Positions 17,874-27,685 of a stretch of 64,000 nucleotides of DNA are shown here, one piece after another; position 1 is the first letter of the stretch, and each line of letters begins with the position of its first letter. The stretch lies in the IMG/VR virus record IMGVR_UViG_3300025894_001089; one strand, written 5' to 3'. The DNA comes from an uncultured virus (IMG/VR IMGVR_UViG_3300025894_001089). Taxonomy: Duplodnaviria; Heunggongvirae; Uroviricota; Caudoviricetes. A program made the position numbers and the translations under genes. Under the pieces are notes generated by a model that was not told where the DNA came from, made no database searches, and saw nothing but the letters and a program-made list of their open reading frames with translations.

Positions 17874-17902
17874 TTGACAATACCTTCTAGCTATAGTATA
17901 AT
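17874..17902 (+). promoter_or_regulatory. Sigma70 consensus promoter
   Basis: TTGACA-N17-TATAAT, perfect consensus. Confidence 0.85.
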
Positions 17903-17908
17903 GGAAAC

Positions 17909-19045
17909 ATGATGCAAAAAGAATTAGAAAAGTTTGAGTCCGTTGAAGAGTACATTCTGTTTATTGCAGGATATCTCAAAAAGCCAAGCGATGAGAGCAT
18001 GGCAATACCTTCGTTTAGTATGCCCAACTCACCTATTAACTTAGCAAGGTACGATGTATCTGTGATTAGTAACTTTGCTCATCAGATACATGACAATATT
18101 GGCTTTACATCTAAGCAATGTAACTTGGCTGGAAAAATAATTGTTAAGTATCGCAGGCAAATGGCAAAGGTTGGTATTGATGTTGCTCCAGTTGCTAACG
18201 GTAATGTTGAAGTTAAATTGCCTATCAGAGATATTGATTATTCACGTAAGGTTTCGCTTGAACAAGATAGAATTAAAATACGTTTTCCGTTTGATCAAAT
18301 GCTAGTTCAAAAACTAAGAACGTATGGCAAGAACGAGAGTCATGGTTCAGCAATTTGGGATCACGAAGCACGTTATTGGAATCTTGCACTGACAGAATTC
18401 AATGTAATGTGGACTCAGGAGCAATTGGTTAGTGGTCATAACTTTGATGCTGACAAAGAGTTTGACAATGTATACAAGATTTGTAAACAAGCAGTAGGTA
18501 GTGTACCTAAACTTAAAATAGATGGAGATAAGATCTATATGGACAACTGTCCTGCTAGTTTGGAGAATTTTCTTATTGACAAACTGGGGGATTTCACATT
18601 AAATAACATGGTAAAGTTGATTGATTATGCTGGTGTGTGTGGGTTTGATGTATCACAAAAACTACTTGATAAATGTACTACTAACGAACTACAGCCATAC
18701 TTTCTCAACCAAGAGATTGTAGTTAAAACACCTGAAGAAAAGGACGTTGAAAACCTATTAGAATATATTAAGATGTCAAACCGATTTCCTGTAGTAACAT
18801 ATTGTGTTGGACATGATCAAGCCTTATACAAAAGGCTTACTGAGCAGTTTAGCAAAACGGCAGTTATTGATATAAAGGAAGTTAAAGAGATTGACCATTT
18901 AAAAACTATTCCTTTGTTGGTTACCAATACAGGGTTAGTTAGGTCAGGCACTACTAGACAACGGTTGTTTCAAATGGCAGAACGAATAGTGTTCTTTTAT
19001 AAGGACAATGAACCTGATTCAGTCTACGGTCGAAACTTATTTTAA
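17909..19045 (+). CDS. Hypothetical phage protein
   Basis: 378-aa ORF upstream of the helicase. Confidence 0.7.
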   Translation: MMQKELEKFESVEEYILFIAGYLKKPSDESMAIPSFSMPNSPINLARYDVSVISNFAHQIHDNIGFTSKQCNLAGKIIVKYRRQMAKVGIDVAPVANGNVEVKLPIRDIDYSRKVSLEQDRIKIRFPFDQMLVQKLRTYGKNESHGSAIWDHEARYWNLALTEFNVMWTQEQLVSGHNFDADKEFDNVYKICKQAVGSVPKLKIDGDKIYMDNCPASLENFLIDKLGDFTLNNMVKLIDYAGVCGFDVSQKLLDKCTTNELQPYFLNQEIVVKTPEEKDVENLLEYIKMSNRFPVVTYCVGHDQALYKRLTEQFSKTAVIDIKEVKEIDHLKTIPLLVTNTGLVRSGTTRQRLFQMAERIVFFYKDNEPDSVYGRNLF

Positions 19046-19059
19046 GGATTATGATATAA

Positions 19060-20511
19060 ATGCCAAGATGTGTACTACACGTTAAAGACGAAGTTAATGT
19101 TAAGTTAGAAGGATTAGAACTTACAGAAAGACGAAAACTTGCTAAGAAGTTTTCTTTTGAAGTGCCTGGTGCAAGGTATATGCCGGCAGTACGTCTTGGT
19201 AGGTGGGATGGATGTGTAAGTTTCTTCCAACTTGGTGGTAGCACATATATCAACTTACTTGATCAAATCTTACCTGAGATAAGTCATTACGAAATTGAAA
19301 TAGAAGATCACAGAGACTACAATACTAAATTTGAGTTTGATGAAGTTTCAGAAACTACATACTCAGATAAAGCATGGCCAAAAGGACACCCAGTTGAAGG
19401 TGAACCTATCCTATTAAGAGACTATCAAGTTGAACTTATCAATAATTTTCTTACCAACCCACAATGTATCCAAGAAGTAGCGACAGGTGCTGGTAAAACA
19501 ATTATGACGGCTTCATTGAGTCAGAGTGTAGAGCAGTATGGTAGAAGTATTGTAATTGTTCCTAACAAAAGTTTGGTAACACAAACAGAAGAAGACTATA
19601 TTAATATGGGTTTAGATGTTGGTGTATACTTTGGTGATCGAAAAGAGTTTGATCATACACATACTATCTGCACATGGCAAAGTCTAAATATTTTAATGAA
19701 GAATACTCGTAACGATACTGCTAACATCACGATACAAGAGTTCATTGAAGGTGTAGTTTGTGTTATTGTTGATGAAGTACACATGGCAAAAGCAGATGCA
19801 TTAAAAACTCTGCTAACAGGTGTTATGTCGCGAGTGCCAATTCGGTGGGGTTTAACAGGTACAGTACCAAAAGAAATGTATGAACAAGTAAGTTTGTTCT
19901 GTAGCATTGGTACCGTAATCGGAAAACTAAGTGCTAGTGAGTTACAAGAAGCTGGACACTTAGCACAATGCAAAGTAAATGTGGTACAGTTAATGGATCA
20001 CAGCGAATATAACAACTATCAAAGTGAGCTTAAATATCTATTAGAACAACCTGACAGACTTGATTATATTGCAAGTGTAATTGACAAGGTCAAAGAAAGT
20101 GGAAATACTTTCGTATTAGTGGACAGAATAAATGCAGGAAAAGAACTTGAGAAAAGGATTCCGTCTGCCGTATTTGTTAGCGGTGGAACGAAAGCAAAAG
20201 AACGTAAGGACCATTATGACGAGGTGGCTGATGCAACTAATAAAGTTATTATTGCTACTTACGGTGTTGCCGCTGTTGGCATTAATATCCCTCGTATATT
20301 CAATTTGGTATTACTTGAACCGGGTAAGAGTTTTGTTAGGGTAATACAGAGTATTGGTAGAGGAATTAGAAAAGCAGAAGACAAGGACCATGTTGAGATA
20401 TGGGATATCACAAGTACATGTAAATTTGCTAAACGTCATTTAACAAAACGTAAACAGTTTTATCGTGAAGCCAACTACCCCTTTCAAATCGAAAAGGTAG
20501 AATGGAAATGA
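19060..20511 (+). CDS. SF2 DNA helicase (UvsW-like)
   Basis: LRDYQ, ATGAGKT, DEVH, GLTGT, QSIGRGIR. Confidence 0.9.
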   Translation: MPRCVLHVKDEVNVKLEGLELTERRKLAKKFSFEVPGARYMPAVRLGRWDGCVSFFQLGGSTYINLLDQILPEISHYEIEIEDHRDYNTKFEFDEVSETTYSDKAWPKGHPVEGEPILLRDYQVELINNFLTNPQCIQEVATGAGKTIMTASLSQSVEQYGRSIVIVPNKSLVTQTEEDYINMGLDVGVYFGDRKEFDHTHTICTWQSLNILMKNTRNDTANITIQEFIEGVVCVIVDEVHMAKADALKTLLTGVMSRVPIRWGLTGTVPKEMYEQVSLFCSIGTVIGKLSASELQEAGHLAQCKVNVVQLMDHSEYNNYQSELKYLLEQPDRLDYIASVIDKVKESGNTFVLVDRINAGKELEKRIPSAVFVSGGTKAKERKDHYDEVADATNKVIIATYGVAAVGINIPRIFNLVLLEPGKSFVRVIQSIGRGIRKAEDKDHVEIWDITSTCKFAKRHLTKRKQFYREANYPFQIEKVEWK

Positions 20512-21416
20512 TAAACTGGAACGAGGATGATGGTGTATTCTTGCCTATGTTAAACGATAAAGGTAGGAATCTATTCTATCAAGATGCACTAGCATTAAAA
20601 GCACCAGGCAAAACAGTTGTAGACATTGGAGCAGGAACAGGCTTTTTAAGTGTATTAGCAATGCGAGCCGGTGCTAAGAATGTGATTGCAGTTGAACAAG
20701 ACTTTGAACGTTATAATCTTGCAAAACAAATTATACACGAATGTGGCTTGTCAAAAGATGTAGAACTTGTACATGGTGATTGGCTTGAACAAAATATTAC
20801 AGGCGACATATATGTAAGTGAAACAATTGATACACATATATGGAATGAGAACATACTACTCATAAGCGAACATGCAATACGTAATGGTGGAGAATTTATT
20901 CCTGGCAGGTTTGAGTACAGGTTTAAGATATATACCAACCATCCTTTATTTTCAGTATGTCAAAGCGAAAGTGAAGCATTTGATTTTCAGCCAGACATTG
21001 AAGTAGACAGTGCATACGAACAAGCAATATCTCAAAAAGCACGAGACGAAACACGATTGTATGTAGCCAACCCAATCTTTAACCTGTTTCAGGCTGTTAA
21101 GCAGTATCCAACAGATATGGAACCAGTAATTGGTTGCTTTGAACAGTTACATGTATCAGACTGGTACAAAGTTGATTTAAACGTTGGCGGGCATTCAAAC
21201 TATTCACAGTTTCAACACAAATTTAACCTAATGGACTTGCCCAAACGTCATGGTTATTGTATATTAGTAGAGTGGCAAGCAAAAACAGAAGGTATTACAA
21301 TGGAACTATGGGACACTATCTTTGGAACACTGAGCAAAGTAATACCCGAAGGAACTAGCAAAATAGAAACGGGTTACGATTCGTTAATAAAGAAATGGAT
21401 ATTTAAATATGAGTAA
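20508..21416 (+). CDS. SAM-dependent methyltransferase, protein-arginine methyltransferase (PRMT)-like
   Basis: MLNDKGRN, VVDIGAGTG, AGAKNVIAVE, double-E loop VSETIDTHIWNE. Confidence 0.75.
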   Translation: MINWNEDDGVFLPMLNDKGRNLFYQDALALKAPGKTVVDIGAGTGFLSVLAMRAGAKNVIAVEQDFERYNLAKQIIHECGLSKDVELVHGDWLEQNITGDIYVSETIDTHIWNENILLISEHAIRNGGEFIPGRFEYRFKIYTNHPLFSVCQSESEAFDFQPDIEVDSAYEQAISQKARDETRLYVANPIFNLFQAVKQYPTDMEPVIGCFEQLHVSDWYKVDLNVGGHSNYSQFQHKFNLMDLPKRHGYCILVEWQAKTEGITMELWDTIFGTLSKVIPEGTSKIETGYDSLIKKWIFKYE

Positions 21417-22242
21417 ATTAATGGTATGTGGCTGTAGTTTTAGTGCTCCGGCTGGAGGTCCAGAGAGTCCGGAAAAATACGAAGCACTAGCAGGCACCGC
21501 ATACGGAGAAGTACTTGCAAAAAAATTAAACTGGGACGTTGAAATACTGGCAAGACAGGGTTGCAGTAACGGAGGTATCCGAATACAGATTGATGAAGTG
21601 TTACGTCAACGTCCAGACTTTGCTATTATTGCTCCTACGTTTCATGACAGAATGGAAATACCCGCAAGTGCCGCACCATTTGTTCCTCCTAAAAATGAGA
21701 ACAAGGGTTGGAATAGTGACCTTCAACAACATCTACAAGAAGCACATTTAAATGGATACAATGTTGAAGCGGGAATTAACAATGTTAACTATGGTACCAA
21801 TCCATACACAATGATTTGTGAAACTATTTTTAGTCTAGCAGAGAATTATCCTCACCCATATAGAGCTGGACAAATCGACAAGTATACACAAAAGGCAGTA
21901 AAGCAGTATATCAATCATATGTATGACAGTGAATGGAAATTGCAGATGGATCGCTGGATCATACGTGATGGTATCATGCAATTACATTATGCTAATATAC
22001 CTTTTCTTCTTATTGCATGTAATATATGGACCAGCGAAACAGTAAGAGACGAATTCCCAGCAGTGATACCAGATCATTGTTTGACAATAAACTATAATGA
22101 TACACCAGCATATGCTACAAATGAATGGCCGTTCCAAGATACCTTAGGTTTTGATCCGGGTTACCACGGTGATCCTAAAAGCCAAGAGTATCTTGCAGAC
22201 GTATACCATAAACTAATAACAAAGAAATGGAAATTAACATGA
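21409..22242 (+). CDS. SGNH/GDSL hydrolase-like protein
   Basis: GCSFS, ARQGCSNG, DPGYH. Confidence 0.55.
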   Translation: MSKLMVCGCSFSAPAGGPESPEKYEALAGTAYGEVLAKKLNWDVEILARQGCSNGGIRIQIDEVLRQRPDFAIIAPTFHDRMEIPASAAPFVPPKNENKGWNSDLQQHLQEAHLNGYNVEAGINNVNYGTNPYTMICETIFSLAENYPHPYRAGQIDKYTQKAVKQYINHMYDSEWKLQMDRWIIRDGIMQLHYANIPFLLIACNIWTSETVRDEFPAVIPDHCLTINYNDTPAYATNEWPFQDTLGFDPGYHGDPKSQEYLADVYHKLITKKWKLT

Positions 22243-22739
22243 GAATACTTACACTAGAAGATGAACATTTTGATATGACGGCGTTACCTGAAGAAGTAGA
22301 TGACCTACGTTTTTCAGTATTGGATAATAGTGATCCTAAGAATCCTGATTTCTTCTTTATTCCGTTGATATTTTTAGAGAGCTTTAATAGTTCTGCATTG
22401 GTATTGACTATTGCTGGTAAGCAAATACAAATGCCAATGGATTGGCACATACTAATTGGTGAACCTGATATGGGAGACCTAGAAGTAATTCCTCTTACTA
22501 GCATTAACGATAGAGGATTCAAAGCATTTTGTTTTAATTCATTAAGTTCATTTAGACCTGAGTTTGGAGATATTGAAATTGTAGATATCTACCAAGATGT
22601 TAAATGGTATTTTCCTAAACTTAGACCAGGGCAACTGTTAGCAGTACCAATTGACACTGGTCCAAAGCCTAGGTGTGCATACTTTGTAAATGATATTAGT
22701 AGACTTAGCGAGGTAGTTGACTATGCAAAAATCTGGTAA
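22239..22739 (+). CDS. Hypothetical phage protein (possible stand-alone Hint-like fold)
   Basis: Beta-rich ORF starting MRILTL; fold guess is weak. Confidence 0.6.
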   Translation: MRILTLEDEHFDMTALPEEVDDLRFSVLDNSDPKNPDFFFIPLIFLESFNSSALVLTIAGKQIQMPMDWHILIGEPDMGDLEVIPLTSINDRGFKAFCFNSLSSFRPEFGDIEIVDIYQDVKWYFPKLRPGQLLAVPIDTGPKPRCAYFVNDISRLSEVVDYAKIW

Positions 22740-23073
22740 TGATATTCATGTAACGATTGATAACATTGGTGGCAAGGTTATCAAAGACACGGAGAAATAT
22801 GAGCTAACTGACAATTCTCATTTAAATAACTTAGTACTAAGTAAAACTAGATTGAGAGCAAACCAATCAACAAATGGTCATCGACATAGCGGTCAGGAAG
22901 AAGTCTACTATTTTATTGCAGGTGAAGGTAAAATGGAATTAGACTATAAAGAAATAAATGTAAAACCTGGCGACATTGTATTAATTGAAGATAATGTATT
23001 TCATAAGGTGCATAATACTGGTGATTATTATTTAGATTTTATTTGCGTATTTGAAGGAAGAAGGAAACATTAA
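22723..23073 (+). CDS. Cupin domain protein
   Basis: GHRHSGQEEVYYFIAGEG...PGDIVLIEDNVFHKVHN. Confidence 0.85.
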   Translation: MQKSGNDIHVTIDNIGGKVIKDTEKYELTDNSHLNNLVLSKTRLRANQSTNGHRHSGQEEVYYFIAGEGKMELDYKEINVKPGDIVLIEDNVFHKVHNTGDYYLDFICVFEGRRKH

Positions 23074-23612
23074 TGCAGGCACGACTAGCGGTCGCACACC
23101 CAGATGATTGTTGCATCTTTGGTTGGCCGCTTATATATATGACTAGAAGAGTATGGCGCTGGTCCATTGTATACTTAACGTATAACGAAAGTGATCCACG
23201 AGCTCAAGAAGCGACAGCCTTCTGGTATAAACACAAAGTCTTAACTGAATTCTTAGGTTTTGAAGACCATTATAGAGATCTTGAACAAGGGTTTATTAGC
23301 ACATTTAACGAAGAAGAAGCATCACAAGCATTACAAGAAAATCTTAAAGACGTTGATTTAATTGTTACTCATGGTGCCGAAGGAGAGTACGGACATATAC
23401 ATCATAAGTTTGTTCACAATGTAGTAAATCTTATGCCTCAACCTAAGATTTATTTCTCTCCAAAAGAAACTAGCAATGCTGGAGTGACAGCTCCTACTTT
23501 TAGTTTGAACGATTGGCCATTGCACCGCGAAGTAATTGAAGGATTTAAGGATAGAGAACATGGGTATTATTGGGTCACAGAAGAAGCTAAACGCCGACAG
23601 CTTTATATATGA
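23073..23612 (+). CDS. PIG-L/LmbE family deacetylase
   Basis: VAHPDD and THGAEGEYGHIHH motifs. Confidence 0.8.
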   Translation: MQARLAVAHPDDCCIFGWPLIYMTRRVWRWSIVYLTYNESDPRAQEATAFWYKHKVLTEFLGFEDHYRDLEQGFISTFNEEEASQALQENLKDVDLIVTHGAEGEYGHIHHKFVHNVVNLMPQPKIYFSPKETSNAGVTAPTFSLNDWPLHREVIEGFKDREHGYYWVTEEAKRRQLYI

Positions 23613-23853
23613 AAGCCCAGATGGTGGCAAGACTGTTTACACAAGACGGTTTGGAGATCCGGTAACTAAAAGGACTCTTGTTATTGGAAAAGAAAGACTG
23701 GAGTCTGTGTGCAGACAAGAACAAGAAGAAAAAGAAATGATACAGGATATTTTGGTAAAATCAAAATCAAATAAGGCCTTGCAAAATGCACTAGACCATG
23801 TTAAACTAATTTATAATATAGTAAAAGAAAGCACAGATAAAAATGGCAAATGA
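23536..23853 (+). CDS. Hypothetical phage protein (start uncertain)
   Basis: IYESPDGGKTVYTR motif; fills the gap between neighbours. Confidence 0.6.
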   Translation: MKDLRIENMGIIGSQKKLNADSFIYESPDGGKTVYTRRFGDPVTKRTLVIGKERLESVCRQEQEEKEMIQDILVKSKSNKALQNALDHVKLIYNIVKESTDKNGK

Positions 23854-24016
23854 ACCAGGTGCAAATGAACGTATAGGAATCGAAGTCCCAGGCGGTGTAA
23901 AACTTGATGTTGACACCGGAAATAATGCATTAGATATTGTAGTTGTAATTGGCATTATAGTCATTGCAAGTTTTTTATATGTTGCTAAGAAATGGGTTGA
24001 TCGGAAAATGAAGTGA
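23843..24016 (+). CDS. Small single-TM protein (57 aa)
   Basis: MANEPGANERIGIEVPGG...IVVVIGIIVIASFLYVAKKW. Confidence 0.5.
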   Translation: MANEPGANERIGIEVPGGVKLDVDTGNNALDIVVVIGIIVIASFLYVAKKWVDRKMK

Positions 24017-24019
24017 AAG

Positions 24020-24526
24020 ATGGCCACAGAAAAGATGATTACGCTGGCAGGAAAGACGAAGATGGATAAACTGAACATACGCAACGAAATGTCTGCATTG
24101 GATCACAAACAACGTGACTACTATGATAGCATGACAGATGATGAAAAGAAAAAGTTTGCGGCTTTTCTTATGATACGTTGGGGAAGTGCAGTTACAGGAG
24201 ATACAATACTACAACAGTATTATCTTGCAAGTTGTAATCAACGACTTAATAAAAACTTCTTTGACATTAGTGCGAGCAAACATAAGAAATTTTTGTGGCT
24301 GTTAGCAACTACAATCAGTCCAGGAATGGGCAATCATTATCACAAATGGATTTCACCTAAGAAGAAAACAAACAACAATAAAGCAGTAAAGTTTTTAAAA
24401 CAAATGTTTCCAAACCTCGACGAAACTGATATAGAGATATTGGCAAAAATCAATGATAAACGAGATCTTAAGGACTTGGCAAGACGGCATGGCTGGGATG
24501 ACAAGCGAATCAAAGCCGAGCTATAA
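24020..24526 (+). CDS. Putative clamp-loader small subunit (T4 gp62-like)
   Basis: KKKFAAFLMIRWGS...HKWISPKKK pattern; replication context. Confidence 0.45.
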   Translation: MATEKMITLAGKTKMDKLNIRNEMSALDHKQRDYYDSMTDDEKKKFAAFLMIRWGSAVTGDTILQQYYLASCNQRLNKNFFDISASKHKKFLWLLATTISPGMGNHYHKWISPKKKTNNNKAVKFLKQMFPNLDETDIEILAKINDKRDLKDLARRHGWDDKRIKAEL

Positions 24527-25193
24527 GTGTCAATATTGCGGTAAATCATATCGCAAAGAAAGCACACTTGCCGCTCATTTATGTGAGCCTAAACGTAGGT
24601 ATCAACAAGAAAAGGAAGTTGGTGTACAACTTGGCTTCCAAGCATATCTGCGATTCTATGAACTTAGTCAAGGTAGTGCAAAATTAAAGACATACAAAGA
24701 CTGTGTTGAAAGTCCATACTACAGTGCCTTTATTAAGTTTGGCAGGCATTCACAGGCTGTTCGTTGTGTTAACTTTAAAAGTTTCACAGACTGGTTGTTA
24801 AAAAACAATAAAAAATTAGATCACTGGACCAAAGAAGATTTATATCTTGAATGGTTATATCAGTATATGCGTAATGAAGGTGTTAGCGATGCACTTGAAA
24901 GAAGTATGCTGGAAATACAGAAATACTGTGACGAAACGGATAAGTTACAGTTTGTTGATTATTTCCGTTATGGAAATGAAAACAGAATCTGTCATCATAT
25001 AAGTAATGGCAGAGTAAGTCCGTGGATCGTGTTCAATTGCGATAGTGGTGTATCGTTTTTGGAAAAACTTAACGAAGAACAACTAGGAATCATCTTGCCG
25101 TGGATTGATCCTGATTATTGGCAGAAAAAGTTTAAAGATTATGTTGCTGATAGAGAATGGGTCAAAGACATACTTAACAAGGGAGGGTTTTAA
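24498..25193 (+). CDS. Zinc-finger phage protein
   Basis: YKCQYCGKSYRKESTLAAHLC C2H2/C2HC-like finger. Confidence 0.65.
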   Translation: MTSESKPSYKCQYCGKSYRKESTLAAHLCEPKRRYQQEKEVGVQLGFQAYLRFYELSQGSAKLKTYKDCVESPYYSAFIKFGRHSQAVRCVNFKSFTDWLLKNNKKLDHWTKEDLYLEWLYQYMRNEGVSDALERSMLEIQKYCDETDKLQFVDYFRYGNENRICHHISNGRVSPWIVFNCDSGVSFLEKLNEEQLGIILPWIDPDYWQKKFKDYVADREWVKDILNKGGF

Positions 25194-25226
25194 AATGTTC
25201 AATCAACTAGCCTGGAAGGATACGTT

Positions 25227-26186
25227 TTGAAAATGAAAATCATAGCAGGAAACAGTAATAGAGATCTCGCCGAGCTTATTTCGGAACACTGTTTTGCCGC
25301 ACTTGTGTCAGCAGATATTAAAACTTTTGCTGACGGTGAAAGCAGTGTGGAGTTTTTAGAAAACATCAGAGGTGAAGATGTTTTTATTATACAATCAACT
25401 AGTACTCCAGTTAACAATCATTTGATGGAGTTACTTATTATGGTTGATGCGGCCAAACGAAGTAGTGCCAGACGTATTACCGCAGTTATGCCATACTTTG
25501 GTTATGCACGCCAGGATCGTAAGAGTGCAAGTCGTACGCCAATTACTGCAAAACTAGTTGCTAACTTGTTAACCCAAGCAGGCGCAGATAGAATCTTAAC
25601 AATGGATCTACATGCAGGACAAATACAAGGATTCTTTGATATTCCAGTTGATGACCTAACAAGTCGTTTAGTGTTCGCAAAAGATATTAAACGTAGCATT
25701 GAAGGGTTTTACGAGACTGAAATTGAGAACCAACCACAAACAGTATTTGTAAGTCCAGATGCTGGAGGTACAGTACGAGCAAGAAAATTTGCTGATATGT
25801 TTGGCGGAGATATTGCTATTGTTGACAAACGTCGACCACGAGCAGGACAAAGTGAAGTAATGAACCTAATAGGTGAAGTTAAAGATAAACATGCAATCCT
25901 AGTAGACGATATTGTAGATAGCGGAGGAACATTATGTCATGCCGCACAAGCAATTATGGATCAAGGTGCATTGAGCGTTCGTGCTTATATTACACACGGA
26001 GTACTGTCAGGCGAAGCAGTAAAAAGAATTGAAAAAAGTGTATTGTCCGAACTAGTAGTTACGGATAGTATCAACTCACGAGATATAACTAAGTTAAAGA
26101 AGGTACGTGAAGTATCTGTTGGAACATTATTTGGCGAAGCAATTCGTCGAGTAGCAAACGAAGAATCAGTGAGCTCGTTATTTTAA
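25227..26186 (+). CDS. prs: Ribose-phosphate pyrophosphokinase
   Basis: [44 protein letters not shown]. Confidence 0.97.
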   Translation: MKMKIIAGNSNRDLAELISEHCFAALVSADIKTFADGESSVEFLENIRGEDVFIIQSTSTPVNNHLMELLIMVDAAKRSSARRITAVMPYFGYARQDRKSASRTPITAKLVANLLTQAGADRILTMDLHAGQIQGFFDIPVDDLTSRLVFAKDIKRSIEGFYETEIENQPQTVFVSPDAGGTVRARKFADMFGGDIAIVDKRRPRAGQSEVMNLIGEVKDKHAILVDDIVDSGGTLCHAAQAIMDQGALSVRAYITHGVLSGEAVKRIEKSVLSELVVTDSINSRDITKLKKVREVSVGTLFGEAIRRVANEESVSSLF

Positions 26187-26764
26187 TGCAATTTAAAAGT
26201 GATATTGATATAGACTTTGGTGATCGTACACAAGTACTTGATTTATTAAGTCCTGTCCCAGCAAGTATCAAACGTGACGATGGTTTGGTTAAGCACAATA
26301 CTGGAGTATATTTTCAACGTGTTCCTGTAGATCCTTACACAGGTTTATGTAGCATTGACCACAAAGAAAGTGAAGATAGAGGATACATCAAACTTGACTT
26401 ACTAAATGTTAACGTTTATAAACAAGTTAAGAATGAAGAACATTTAAAACAGTTGTTAGAAAAAGAACCTGAATGGGATAGGCTTTATGATAAATCATTC
26501 TGTGAGCAGTTAATTCACATCAATGATCATTATGAAACTCTAGTACGTATGCCTGAAGCAGTTAATACTATTCCAAGACTTGCAATGTTCTTAGCAGTTA
26601 TACGTCCTGGAAAACGTGCATTGATAGGACAAAGATGGAAAGAAGTTGCAAAAACCGTTTGGGAAAAGCCCGCCGACGAGACCTATTATTTTAAGAAGTC
26701 GCATAGTGTAGCATATGCAAACCTAGTAGTAGTTCATATGAACTTAATCAGTCTTTCGAACTAA
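26186..26764 (+). CDS. Miniature family-C (DnaE/Pol III alpha-like) polymerase catalytic subunit
   Basis: SDIDIDF, KHNTGV, GYIKLDLL, AVIRPG, YYFKKSHSVAYA in DnaE order. Confidence 0.8.
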   Translation: MQFKSDIDIDFGDRTQVLDLLSPVPASIKRDDGLVKHNTGVYFQRVPVDPYTGLCSIDHKESEDRGYIKLDLLNVNVYKQVKNEEHLKQLLEKEPEWDRLYDKSFCEQLIHINDHYETLVRMPEAVNTIPRLAMFLAVIRPGKRALIGQRWKEVAKTVWEKPADETYYFKKSHSVAYANLVVVHMNLISLSN

Positions 26765-27124
26765 CGTAATACTACGTCTTTTGCTACGCCTAGCACCTAG
26801 TTGTTTTAGGCTAGTACTTGGACCAAATCTTATATCTACATCCTTGCTATTAAATGTGGATCTGCATGTTTGGAATTGGAACCAATCGTGTTTTAAAAAC
26901 ACATTGATTGGAATTAATCTATTAGATTCCCACCACCATACGTCGGCTAAGTCCAAGAAACTCATCTTCTCTTCTTTTGATTTTAATTTACTATAATCAT
27001 AGATCGTAGTAATTTGTTCATCGCTATTCTGGATTATACCGATATATTCAACTCCACCGTATACTAGGTAGGTTAAAAATGGGTACTGCTCAAGTAGCTC
27101 TGTTATCTGTTCTTCAGTGTACAA
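26744..27124 (-). CDS. Hypothetical phage protein
   Basis: 126-aa ORF; YPFLT, WWWESNRLIPIN; basic C-terminus. Confidence 0.7.
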   Translation of the reverse strand: MYTEEQITELLEQYPFLTYLVYGGVEYIGIIQNSDEQITTIYDYSKLKSKEEKMSFLDLADVWWWESNRLIPINVFLKHDWFQFQTCRSTFNSKDVDIRFGPSTSLKQLGARRSKRRSITLVRKTD

Positions 27125-27164
27125 GTGTCAACTTCAATAAATAATGTTAATAAGGATCGCCTAC

Positions 27165-27614
27165 ATGACGCAGACAATACTCAGTTATTTATATACGCCA
27201 ATTATTCGGATGCAAATTCTGGACGGTACGGTAACCAATCGGGAGGAAAGAAGAGTGTTTAACAATACAATCCAACTGTACAAAGGTACTGATAATCCTG
27301 TACAGATAAAATTTTTAAATCAGGATCAAAAAAAGCTAGATGTAACTAACTATACATTTGTTGCTAAAGTTATGGAAGGACAAGAAGGTTTTTCATTCTT
27401 AACTCCAACTATTACTATAACTGATGCTACAAATGGAAAAGGAACTGTTACGTTTACAGAAGAAGATTTAGCATCACTTGATGCGGCACGTTATACATTG
27501 GCAATCAAAGGTACCAAGTCTTCAGTTGAAGCACCGGCTTATGCGGATGACCACTATACGTTAGGTATCACTGTGCATGTTAATCCAGGCTTTTTAGCTG
27601 ATAAACCATCGTAA
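27165..27614 (+). CDS. Putative virion structural protein (BppU-N/Ig-like)
   Basis: TAAATA at 27138 and AAGGA RBS; beta-rich LYKGTDNPVQIKFLNQDQK. Confidence 0.5.
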   Translation: MTQTILSYLYTPIIRMQILDGTVTNREERRVFNNTIQLYKGTDNPVQIKFLNQDQKKLDVTNYTFVAKVMEGQEGFSFLTPTITITDATNGKGTVTFTEEDLASLDAARYTLAIKGTKSSVEAPAYADDHYTLGITVHVNPGFLADKPS

Positions 27615-27685
27615 ACTACTTTATTTTCTGAGGACTTGGTATTTGCTTAAATATCAAGCAATCCCTTTTGTTACAAGGAACCTCT

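Noticed and set aside
25227..26186. prs as the Adps enzyme of a NARP1 NAD-reconstitution anti-defence pathway
   Set aside because: It looks like a canonical full-length Prs and no NAMPT/Namat-like gene is adjacent in this window
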